Made by a program: the position numbers and the translations under genes. This document shows, piece by piece, positions 25,350 to 34,900 of a DNA stretch of 35,456 bases. Location: NCBI GenBank assembly GCA_036786155.1, contig DAIQRO010000007.1:1-35456 (forward strand), written 5' to 3'. Every line of letters begins with the position of its first letter. The stretch's first letter is position 1. The stretch is from Bacteroidota bacterium. Its GTDB lineage: Bacteria > Bacteroidota > Ignavibacteria > Tepidaquicellales > Tepidaquicellaceae. A model generated the notes under the pieces. It made no database searches. It was not told where the DNA came from and worked only from the letters and a program-made list of their open reading frames with translations.

Positions 25350-26255
25350 ATGACAAAACTCATTTCATTCGCATCACTTTTAATTCTGATCATCACCGGC
25401 TTTGCATTTGCACAATCGGCAGATCCTCTGCGTGAGAAAATTCAGCGGATCCTTTCCGATAAGAACGCAACTGTGGGTGTTTCAATCATTGGCAATGACG
25501 GCAAAGACACTGTATCCGTGAATGACGATAAACGCTATCCTATGCAAAGCGTTTTCAAATACCATATAGCCCTCGCTGTATTGTCTGAAGTTGACAAGGG
25601 AAAATTTTCTGCTGAACAGCAAGTCGAAATAGATAAGAAGGACCTTTTGCCCGGCCTTTGGAGTCCTCTGAGAGAAGAAAATCCTGAGGGGGGAAATTTC
25701 ACGATATCAAAGCTGATTCAATACGCCGTTTCCCAAAGCGACAATGTAAGTTGCGATGCATTATTGCGGCTGATCGGCGGTCCGCAAGCAGTAGAAGATT
25801 TTTTCAGACAGATTAATATCAGTGACATCTCGGTGAAGTTGAATGAAGAGAAGATGCAGGCAAACAGGGAACTGATGTTTCAAAACTGGATCACGCCGAA
25901 AGCGGCAAACGAAACACTGGCAAGATTCTACTTCAACAGCGAGAAATTGCTTTCCGAAAAGAGCCACGGCTTCATATGGAGTGTAATGAAAGAGACCGAA
26001 ACAGGCGTTAACAGACTGAAAAGACAACTTCCCGAAGGAACAGTTGTCGCGCATAAAACCGGTTCATCGGGAACAAGCAATGAAGGCATAACAGAAGCAG
26101 TTAATGATATCGGCATTGTGTTTCTGCCCGATGGAAAGCCATTCTTTATCAGCGTGTTTGTTACTGACTCAAGGGAGGATGAAGCAGTGAACGAGAAAAT
26201 AATTGCCGACATCGCAAAGGCGGCTTGGGATCACTTTTCGGCTTTGTCGAGATAG
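25350..26255 (+). CDS. Class A (Ser) beta-lactamase, resembling the Bacteroidota subclass (CfxA/CblA/PER-like)
   Basis: Signal peptide MTKLISFASLLILIITGFAFA. S-x-x-K = SVFK (25548-25559), SDN (25737-25745), an omega-loop-like EEKMQAN, and KTG (26055-26063). The track start at 25308 adds 14 aa before the signal peptide. Confidence 0.85.
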   Translation: MTKLISFASLLILIITGFAFAQSADPLREKIQRILSDKNATVGVSIIGNDGKDTVSVNDDKRYPMQSVFKYHIALAVLSEVDKGKFSAEQQVEIDKKDLLPGLWSPLREENPEGGNFTISKLIQYAVSQSDNVSCDALLRLIGGPQAVEDFFRQINISDISVKLNEEKMQANRELMFQNWITPKAANETLARFYFNSEKLLSEKSHGFIWSVMKETETGVNRLKRQLPEGTVVAHKTGSSGTSNEGITEAVNDIGIVFLPDGKPFFISVFVTDSREDEAVNEKIIADIAKAAWDHFSALSR

Positions 26256-26405
26256 ATCGGTGTACTTCCTTGCAATGGTAAAACGAAGAACCGGCACATA
26301 TGATTCGCTGGCGGAATGGCACTGCAAAATGACCGTAGAAAAACTTGTCTCAACTGCACAAGAGAAATGAATTGCAATATTGGTCAATTCTAAAACAGGA
26401 AGGTC

Positions 26406-26993
26406 ATGAGGAAAATTATCGTCATAACATTTATGACACTGGACGGAGTGATGCAGGCGCCCGGCGGCCCTGATGAAGATAAGTAAGGCGGATTCAGATA
26501 CGGCGGATGGTCTGCTGTATATACCGACAAGGCTTCGGGAAAAATCATGCAGGTGCAGATGAAGCCGGCAGATCTGCTGTTGGGAAGAAAAACGTTTGAG
26601 ATTTTCGAATCCTATTGGCCCGGACGTGCGGAAAGATGGAAAGGCATCAATGATGTCACCAAGTATGTAATGTCCAAAACAAGAAAAGAATCAAGGTGGA
26701 TAAACTCTGTATTTCTCAGGAGCGTGGCTGATATCAGGAAGCTGAAGAGATCTAAGGGTTCTGACCTTAAAGTGTGGGGCAGCGGAAAGCTCGTTCAACT
26801 GTTGCTTAAGCATGACCTGGTTGATGAGCTTTGGCTGAAGATCTACCCCCTGACACTTGGCAAAGGTAAGAAACTTTTTAACAACGGCTCGATCCCGGCC
26901 GCCTTCACATTAACGGAAAGCACCGTCACGCCGGGCGGAGTGATCTTTGCAAACTACAAACGGGCCGGAAAGGTCAGGACAGGAACTTATTGA
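26406..26993 (+). pseudogene. Dihydrofolate-reductase-like (RibD C-terminal domain) family gene interrupted by one in-frame TAA (26484-26486)
   Basis: ATG at 26406: MRKIIVITFMTLDGVMQAPGGPDEDK, then TAA, then GGFRYGGWSAVYTDKASGKIM...LLGRKTFEIFESYWP...LKVWGSGKLVQLLLKHDLVDELWLKIYPLTLGKGKKLF. The frame is the same throughout. The N-terminal part before the stop is the canonical start of this family. Confidence 0.75.
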
Positions 26994-27186
26994 TCTCTTA
27001 CGTTGAAAAATTTCATCCGAAAATAATCAAAGCCATTGGTGTTCAGCATTGTACATTTGTTTTTCTGACAATGGATACTGGAGAATGTCAGAATTAAATC
27101 GAAATGTGTCTGACAATTGAAACCGGATGATCCCGCAAATGAAATTGAATTATTATCACAAACACCAAAACATCAAATTCCTCACA

Positions 27187-27855
27187 ATGTATGATCTCCC
27201 TTACTTCAAGGAAGAAGACAGGCAGACTTTGCTTCAGTTCCTTCATGATCATCCGTTTGCCTTGCTTACCGGCAGTTTTGCAAGCGGTAGACAGGTCGCA
27301 ACACAGGTTCCGATTCTGATAGATGAGCGGGAAGGATCTCTGTATCTTCACGGACACATCATGCGGCAGACGGATCATCATAAGGCATTTCTGGAAAATC
27401 CTCAGGTGCTTTCGGTCTTCACCGGACCCGGCGCCTATGTCAGCGCTTCGTGGTACACAAACCCGCATATCGGTTCCACATGGAATTACATGAGCGTTCA
27501 CATGACGGGAAACATCCGCTTCCTTGATGAAGACGCACTTATCGCGCTTATGAAGAGACTCACTTTGAAGTTCGAGAACAACAATACATCTTCGCCGACG
27601 ATCTATGATAATCTTCCCGAAGAGTTTCTGAAAAAAATGCTTCCCGCAATAGTCGCGTTCGAGATCAAGGTGGAAGAAATGGATAATGTGTTCAAGCTCA
27701 GCCAGAACAGAGATGAACAAAGCTATCTTAACATCATAGAAAGACTCGAGGAGCGGGGCGGCGAAAGCGCATTGATAGCCGCTGAGATGAGAAAGCGCAG
27801 GGAGAAACTCTTTCCTCCGGGAGTCGAATGGGACGGAAGCAAGTTTATGTCGTGA
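27187..27855 (+). CDS. paiB: PaiB-family FMN-binding putative transcriptional regulator
   Basis: MYDLPYFKEEDRQTLLQFLHDHPFALLTG...ATQVPILIDE...LHGHIMRQTDHHKAF...VFTGPGAYVSASWY...TWNYMSVHMTGNIRFL...VFKLSQNRDEQSY. The start was trimmed from the track's 27127 to the ATG at 27187. Confidence 0.8.
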   Translation: MYDLPYFKEEDRQTLLQFLHDHPFALLTGSFASGRQVATQVPILIDEREGSLYLHGHIMRQTDHHKAFLENPQVLSVFTGPGAYVSASWYTNPHIGSTWNYMSVHMTGNIRFLDEDALIALMKRLTLKFENNNTSSPTIYDNLPEEFLKKMLPAIVAFEIKVEEMDNVFKLSQNRDEQSYLNIIERLEERGGESALIAAEMRKRREKLFPPGVEWDGSKFMS

Positions 27856-28006
27856 TTGTTGCAACTCTTTTGACTGAGATGTGCATATACAATAAGGCAG
27901 TGACAGGAATTTGCACTTACTAAGTTTCACCCGAACATTGCGGATGCTCCTGCAAGCAAACACAATCCATCAGCAAAACTAAGTTTCATTTTCAGCAGGC
28001 GTATTT

Positions 28007-28014
28007 TACATTTG
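28007..28014 (+). promoter_or_regulatory. Candidate -7 box (TAnnTTTG) for 28036..29574
   Basis: TACATTTG lies 21 nt upstream of the ATG at 28036. It overlaps the TTG at 28012 used by the ORF track, which argues for the ATG as the real start. Confidence 0.3.
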
Positions 28015-28035
28015 ACAAACTCAATAGACGTTCTG

Positions 28036-29574
28036 ATGCAAATCCTCTTTCATCTTCTCGGCAAAGTTTTCGCTGATGCAGCGAGAATACACGGACTGAT
28101 ATTTCTCTCATTGACATCCGCTGTGATCTTATCATGTGAAGATGCCCGCACTCAGTCGCTTGACACACTGTGGTCAAGGACCTTCGGCGGCACGAACATC
28201 GACGTCGGGCATTCGGTAGAAGAGGCATCCGACAAATCGCTCATCATTACCGGCTATACCCGCTCATTCGGCTCACTGGCCGGCCGCAACGTATGGCTTG
28301 TAAAGACATCGCGTGAGGGAGTGTTGCAATGGATGAATACATTCGGAGGAAGCAGTGACGATGAAGGCTACTCCGTGGTGCAGACAAACGACGGCGGATT
28401 TGCAGTTGCCGGCTACACAAGTTCATTCGGCGCGGGCGGCAAAGATGTGTATCTTGTCAGGACGGATTCACTCGGCAATCAACTGTGGTCGGCAAACTTC
28501 GGCGGTGCACAGGATGACGAAGGCTATTCACTCTTGCAGACCTCAGACGGCGGATTCCTGATTGCAGGTGTCTCATCTTCGTTCACTTCGGGAAGCAGGG
28601 ATGTGTGGCTCGTGAAGACAAACGCTTCAGGGGTGATTCAATGGAGCAGGAATCACGGCGGCCTGAGCTCGGACGGTGCATGGTCAGTTGAACTTTCTGC
28701 GGACGGCGGCTTCATCGTTGCCGGCTGGACTTTCTCTTACGGACCGGGTGCGGTCGGAAATGCATGGCTTGTAAAAACAGACTCAGCCGGAAACCTGCAA
28801 TGGCAGAAGCCGTTCGGCGGCACATCTGTTGACCGCGCTCTTGATGTCTGCCTTGCCGGTGGAGGATATGCTCTTACCGGTTACACGTCATCATCAGGAT
28901 CGGGACTTGATGACATGCTGCTCATTAGGACAGACAGCCTTGGCAATGAAATATGGACTCGTACGTTCGGTGGTTCCGGAAGAGACTACGGTCAGTCAAT
29001 AACACGTTCTTCTGACGGAAACGGGTTTCTGATTGCGGGATATACTTTGTCTTTTGGTTCGGGCAGTGAGGATGTATGGATTGTAAGGACGGACGGTAAC
29101 GGAAACATGCTCTGGAGCAGGGCTTTGGGCGGATCAGCTTCCGATGCCGCGAATTCAGTTCACCTCACCTATGACGGCGGTGCAGTTGTTGCCGGTTACA
29201 CTTTGTCATACGGTGCCGGCGTTCACGACTTGTGGCTGATAAGGCTTGCTCCGGCAGGCACAAGTATCGGCGGGAATGGGAATTTTGGAACAGCTGATCA
29301 TTTTGAACTTAAGCAGAACTATCCGAACCCGTTCAACCCTGTTACAACTGTTTCAATTGAAATACGGAAGACTTCCCGTATCGAACTCGTGATCTATGAT
29401 ATTCTCGGAAGAAGTGTGAGAACCTTGTTCAGCGGCACGCTTCAGCAGGGGCAGCATACTGAACTCTGGAACGGCCTGAATGACAATGGAGGAGAATTGC
29501 CCGGTGGCATATACTACTGCGTGCTGAAGTCCGACAGCTACAGCGAGACAAAAGCAATGCTTCTTCTTAAGTGA
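28036..29574 (+). CDS. Secreted 7-repeat beta-propeller-like protein with a T9SS type-A C-terminal domain
   Basis: There are seven repeats of about 52 aa: W.(R/N)TFGG...D.G.SV.QT.DGGF..AGYT.SFG.G..DVWLVKTD..GN. The tail is LKQNYPNPFNPVTTVSIEI...IYDILGRSV...GIYYCVL. A hydrophobic leader precedes the first repeat. Confidence 0.85.
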   Translation: MQILFHLLGKVFADAARIHGLIFLSLTSAVILSCEDARTQSLDTLWSRTFGGTNIDVGHSVEEASDKSLIITGYTRSFGSLAGRNVWLVKTSREGVLQWMNTFGGSSDDEGYSVVQTNDGGFAVAGYTSSFGAGGKDVYLVRTDSLGNQLWSANFGGAQDDEGYSLLQTSDGGFLIAGVSSSFTSGSRDVWLVKTNASGVIQWSRNHGGLSSDGAWSVELSADGGFIVAGWTFSYGPGAVGNAWLVKTDSAGNLQWQKPFGGTSVDRALDVCLAGGGYALTGYTSSSGSGLDDMLLIRTDSLGNEIWTRTFGGSGRDYGQSITRSSDGNGFLIAGYTLSFGSGSEDVWIVRTDGNGNMLWSRALGGSASDAANSVHLTYDGGAVVAGYTLSYGAGVHDLWLIRLAPAGTSIGGNGNFGTADHFELKQNYPNPFNPVTTVSIEIRKTSRIELVIYDILGRSVRTLFSGTLQQGQHTELWNGLNDNGGELPGGIYYCVLKSDSYSETKAMLLLK

Positions 29575-29657
29575 TGATGAAGTTCACTGGCAACTTTTTC
29601 TGATCATAGGAGAAAGAGATATAATCACTCATTACTTCCAACCATCAATTTGTGTTT

Positions 29658-30017
29658 TCATTGCTTTGTTATAACTTGACCTATGAACATCAGCGTGTTT
29701 GTGTGCGGAATGCAAATGTGGATCTCCCGCATTCCGTAATCTCTGTCAAATGGAGCTCTTACTTTCATGCCTGTCACTCTTTCTCGAATCTATTCCCATA
29801 GTTCGTCAACATTGTACACCTCAAGATAGAATTACATCTGCAAGATGTCACTGCCGGCAGGGAGAATGTGGATCGTCAGGCCGTCCCTCACATATACCGC
29901 ATAGCTTTCCGTCTCCATCAAAGCCGAGAATCCAAGCACTTCCCGGAAGAAACCTGCTGTTGCATTCAGGTTGAATGACGGTATCATCGGGCTGAGATAC
30001 AGCGCACTATAGTTCAT
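29658..30017 (-). pseudogene. Small VOC/bleomycin-resistance-like gene with two in-frame stops (TAA 29832-29834, TAG 29790-29792)
   Basis: Minus-strand reading in one frame: MNYSALYLSPMIPSFNLNATAGFFREVLGFSALMETESYAVYVRDGLTIHILPAGSDILQM, TAA, FYLEVYNVDELWE, TAG, IRERVTGMKVRAPFDRDYGMREIHICIPHTNTLMFIGQVITKQ, TGA. The segments after the stops still read like the C-terminal half of this family. Confidence 0.65.
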
Positions 30018-30361
30018 CTGTTTGCATTTGAATTTGGGATTGCTTTTCAGTTTTCAGTGTTGCGCTTCCGCATCATCCGTGAGTACGGACAGCAGAAGTT
30101 CGTCGCCGGATACCAAGCAGTATTCAACAAATACATTTACGCGTTCTTTAAATGCCGCCCCTCGCGTTTATCCGCCGGTCAGCTTTTCAATGAGTGGCTT
30201 TCTTCTGTGAAGATCATTCCGACTTACATCCGTTTCAAAACAGTCCATGATTCCTTCAGCAGAAAGAGTTTCAATTTCGTCAAGTATTTTTCTTGAATGA
30301 TCCAAGATGTTTTCAGCTCAATCTGCAATTGCAGCAATCAATTCCGCAGAGAGTAAGGAAC

Positions 30362-31825
30362 TTAACCGCGTGCCGCCTTGCTCATTCCTGCCCGGCCTTC
30401 AAGTTGTTCAGCGATCTTTCGCTCAAACCACTTATGGTAAGGAATGAAGCGTTTATAATTCCTTATCTCTCCAAGAAGATCGGTAAGCTTCTGCCGGGAA
30501 CCGTCTGATGAAGCTTTGAGATACTTAAGGTAGATCTTCAGAAAATCACGGTTGCGCGTCTTTGCCGCCACCGATTGAAACCTGTCGTTTCTCAGAAACT
30601 GCTCGTAAGACTTCCCCATGTCAATTGCTTCCGAATGAAGATTCAGCTCGGCATAAATGATGAGCTGAAGATTTCTCACAAGCGGCTTGAGAAACACAAG
30701 CGAAAAATTCCTGATCTTTGAAAGTTCCCTGTGCGCATTCTCATACTGCCTGTATTCAACATAAAGGCTTCCTTGCAGATAACCGATCACACAGGACCGG
30801 TGCTTCTCCTCAAGCCTGTTTGAATTTGACTTAAGAAATTTTTCCGCCCACTTGTAGTTCCTCGAAGTGATAGCACACATGGCAATATGAAAGAACATGT
30901 CCACAGGTATCTTTGTACTCCCTTTCCTGTCTAAGCTATCTGCAACAAGGCAGGAAAGTTCAAACAGTTCGTCCTGCATTATCTTTCCGCCCGGAAGATT
31001 TCCCTCAATAAGGTAATTGTTCATCACCATCAGAATATCGTCTGACAGAGATCTCCTGAGTTTCCCTTCACGCCCCGTAATTATTTTCTTCAGCTTCAGG
31101 TAATCTTCTTCCCTCTTGTCCTTTATGAGCCTTATACCGAGCAACAGCGCCCCGGCCTCTGCGTTGTTCTTCATGCCCTCTGCCGTCTGCGCCATCTCAA
31201 TCGTCTCTTTCATCATCGGTATTTCAAGATTTGCCGAGATCAGATTATTGTAATTGCTGAGAAGAAGTATGTTACGAAGGTTGTTGATGGTGAACATATT
31301 GATCAGTTCGTGAGAAGCGTCCGTCCACTCTTTCTTCGAAAGGTCCTTCTTTGTCAGAAATTCGTTTCTCTGAAATGAGTTGTTTCTCTTGATCTCGGAT
31401 AGCTTATAGCTGTTAAGGTTAAACTCATCGTGCATCTCCTTCAGCTTCTTCTCCAGTTTCTTAATGCGTGCATCAAAGCGTTTGTGCATTCCAAAACGTG
31501 TAAGCTCGCCGAGATATTCCATTTCCAGTTCCGCAGGGCTCAGCTTTTCAAGCCCGATGTACTTCTCAAGCAGTGATTCAAATTCCGACAGCAGGTAATA
31601 GACAGTTCCGTAAACAACTTTGTCTTCTTTGTAAAGCTTTCTGTAGATATTCTCATGCGAGATCTCAAGCGAGTCAAACTCCGGGTGGAATTTTGAAAGG
31701 TATCTGTAAAGTGCGGTCAGCTTCCTGTTCGAGTTGAAGTAAGGGGATGCCACGAACTTGCCAAGCCTTGCGAAGGAGGCCTTGTCGAGATTTGAAAGAA
31801 GCTGTATCAGATTGCTGTCATGCAT
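30362..31825 (-). CDS. All-helical protein of unknown function. Paralog of 18877..20316.
   Basis: I prefer the ATG at 31825 (MHDSNLIQLLSNLDKASFARLGKFVASPYFNSNRK...); the track starts at TTG 31849. Length, N-terminal motif and composition match the 18877..20316 product. It is divergent from the 31960 gene, with a 134-bp gap. Confidence 0.75.
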   Translation of the reverse strand: MHDSNLIQLLSNLDKASFARLGKFVASPYFNSNRKLTALYRYLSKFHPEFDSLEISHENIYRKLYKEDKVVYGTVYYLLSEFESLLEKYIGLEKLSPAELEMEYLGELTRFGMHKRFDARIKKLEKKLKEMHDEFNLNSYKLSEIKRNNSFQRNEFLTKKDLSKKEWTDASHELINMFTINNLRNILLLSNYNNLISANLEIPMMKETIEMAQTAEGMKNNAEAGALLLGIRLIKDKREEDYLKLKKIITGREGKLRRSLSDDILMVMNNYLIEGNLPGGKIMQDELFELSCLVADSLDRKGSTKIPVDMFFHIAMCAITSRNYKWAEKFLKSNSNRLEEKHRSCVIGYLQGSLYVEYRQYENAHRELSKIRNFSLVFLKPLVRNLQLIIYAELNLHSEAIDMGKSYEQFLRNDRFQSVAAKTRNRDFLKIYLKYLKASSDGSRQKLTDLLGEIRNYKRFIPYHKWFERKIAEQLEGRAGMSKAARG

Positions 31826-31959
31826 CGTAATGGTTCCAAGAATTCGCAAAAAGTTTAGTGTACATCGGATTACAGCTTTGAATAATTTGCAATCAACTGA
31901 AACAAAAGGCTTCGGCCAATTGCGAATTTAGAATCTTTCAAAGCAAATTAAACACGGAA

Positions 31960-34900
31960 ATGAATAACCTCAAAACATTCCTGCTGGCGGTATTGGCAGG
32001 ATTTTCAATGACCTTAAATGCTCAGGGGCAGATCACGCAGGAGTGGGTCAGAAGCTACTCTTTGCCGACAAACAATTCGCAGGTTGCGGCAGATATCGTA
32101 ACCGATGCCGGAGGGAATGTCTATGTTACGGGCTACAATGCCGCAGGCTACTCGGAGTCGGACCTTGTCACCGTGAAGTACAACGCCGCGGGACAGTATC
32201 AATGGGGTAAGAGCTACCACAACAGCGTAGCCTATTCTCATGAAAAAGGAAAGTGCATTGCAACTTACTCATCGGGCGGAACGAACTTCGTCTATGCGGC
32301 GGGAGAAGTGAATTACAGCGGCTTAACGCAATACCTGATACTTCTTAAGTATGATGAATCGGGGAATCAGATCTGGGCAAGAGGAATCTATGTTGTCTCT
32401 TACCCGTTCAGTCACATTCTGAAAGAAATGACGGCAGACGAAAACGGCAATGTTTACATTACGGGAGGAGCTGGTGATAAGGCGTTTCTCGTAAAAATTG
32501 ATTCGGCAGGTACCACCAGTGCGCTGAGGACATTTATGAACCCTTCGGGTTTCTATGCCGCGTTTGGTAATGACATAAAGCTCTCGGGCGGAAAAGTCTT
32601 TATAGGCGGGCAGGTCAGGAATGCATCTTCACTTGTAATTCCACTGCTTATAATCTGCGACACTGCAGGCACACAGCTTGAATTCAGATACAACCAGGCA
32701 ATGGCAAGTAACACGGATAACGAAAGCAGGATTGTGATCGGCAACTCAGGGAATGTCTATTTTGGATTCAGATGGGCAAATGATTACAGGCTGACGAAGT
32801 ACAATTCAAGCGGAGACACTTTGTGGAACAGGAAATACAACGGTACCGCAAATGCACAGGATTACTTCTGCGCGCTTGCCGCCGACGCGAATGAGAATAT
32901 CTATGTGACCGGCAGGGTGAACGGATTGTACGGAGATGTGGGAACAGTGAAGTTCGATTCCTCTGGCAATGTACTTTGGGTGCATACTTACGCAGGGCAG
33001 GACGGCTTTGCAGATGAAGGAAAGGATGTGAAGATTGACGGAAGCGGGAATGTGTATGTCGCGGGAGTGGTGGATAACTGGGTCGGTGCCAAAAGTCTTA
33101 TGATAAAGTATGATCCATCCGGCTCCCCGCTTTGGATAAAGAGTTACGACTTTGCCCAAAGCGATTATGAGGAATCACTTGTGCTTGCAATTGACAACAG
33201 CGGAAATGCAATTGCAACAGGCAATTGCGGCTACATAACCATCAGCGACTATGCAACCATAAAGTATGATCCCTCCGGAACAGCGCTTTGGGCGAGGAAA
33301 TACAATTCATCTCAGACATCAACTGATGCGGTAAATTCTATCACAACGGACAAGTACGGAAATGTTTATGCAATAGGCCGGCTAAGGGTAGGTCAGGTCG
33401 GTGATGATATACAGATAGTAAAATACAACTCGGCAGGAGTCCTTAAGTGGACTTACACCCGCGGCGGAGTGGTGCAGGACGTTGAAGATGCCGGCTATGC
33501 AATTGCAGTGGACAAGAACGGATATGTTTACTATACGGGAACGATGCATACTTCATTCACCGGCAATAAGCGTGACATTTATACAGGCAAGCTTGATTCA
33601 AACGGGAATAATGTTTGGCCTCATCCGTTCGGCCAGTTGCTTGGAGCGGGAGGAAATGACGAAGGCGTTGAGATCGCGCTTGACACTTCGGGAAACATAA
33701 TCGTCGGTTACAACTCCGAAATATCGGCAGGCAATGTGAAGTTCGGGGCGATAAAGTATTCCCCTTCGGGAGTTACGCTGTGGACTTACGGATTTGCCGG
33801 CTCGGGTACAGGACTTGATTCGCTCAAGGACATGAAAGTTGACATGGGCGGGAATGTTTATCTGACCGGACATTCGACATCGGCTCTTTCAGGCAACAAC
33901 ATCGTTACTTTGAAAGTCAGCAGTACGGGCGCGCTTCAGTGGACTCAGACATATAACGGAAGTGCGAATGCAGATGATGCGGCAAGATCGGTTGACGTTG
34001 ACAGCTACGGAAATGTGTACGTTACGGGAAGCGCGGCAAATACTTCAACGGGGAAAGACATTGTGCTGATCAAATACGGTCCTTCGGGCAATCAGCTTTG
34101 GGCAACGACAATGAGCAACGACAACACCGAACCTGAAAGCGGGATCACAGTCAGGTATGATTCAATCTCTCAGAAGATAAGACTAATGGGTTCCAGCCGG
34201 CTGTTTCCTTACGACCGCACTTTGCTTCTTGCCGACTATGACACAGCGGGAGTTCAGACATCCGCGATGTTACTTAATCCATCGCCTTACGGAGCGAATT
34301 ACTCAATAGGCGGCGAACTGGACGGAGCAGGTAAGCTGATCTCAGCGCAGGCATACAGTTCTCAAAACAGCGGCTTTGATCTTTCGGTGTGGAGAGGATT
34401 TGAAAGGTCCTCTGTTTTCAACGGTGCTTCGTCAGGAAATGACATCGCTGCATACAATGTGCCCGTATCAACATTCGGGAACTACTTCTATGCTGGTGTT
34501 ACTTCATTTGATTCCGTCAAAGGCAATACATTCACCATAGTGAAATTCAAATCACCGCTTAACAAGGTTGTTCTAAGAATGTACATTCAGGGATTCTACA
34601 GTACAAATTCAGGCAACATGATCGGCAATGATACGGTCAGGATAAAACTCAGGAGTTCGTCGCCGCCGTACAATACTGTTGATTCCGCTAAGGTTCTTCT
34701 TTCGTTTGATGGCATTGCAGAAGCACAGTTCATGAATGCTTCGGCAGGTCAGCAGTATTATGTTTCGGTGAATCACAGAAATTCAATAGAGACGTGGAGC
34801 TCTGCTCCGGCGGCTTTCAGCCAGGGACTTCTCGAAGCCGACTTCCGCGACACATCGGAAGTGTATGGCATTAATCTCGCTCACATTACTTCCGGAACAT

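Noticed and set aside
27094-27963. 289-aa minus-strand ORF overlapping the PaiB gene
   Set aside because: It is fully antisense to a gene with strong family motifs. It is Cys/Arg/His-rich and has no recognisable domain.
30100-30361. Possible decayed small gene between the helical protein and the VOC pseudogene. One minus-strand frame reads ..AENILDHSRKILDEIETLSAEGIMDCFETDVSRNDLHRRKPLIEKLTGG, stop, TRGAAFKERVNVFVEYCLVSGDELLLSVLTDDAEAQH.
   Set aside because: There is no convincing start codon and no family I recognise. Open stretches of 37-45 codons are expected by chance at this GC content. The plus-strand ORFs here (30022..30210, 30057..30296) look equally non-coding. It is only worth revisiting if a homology search hits.
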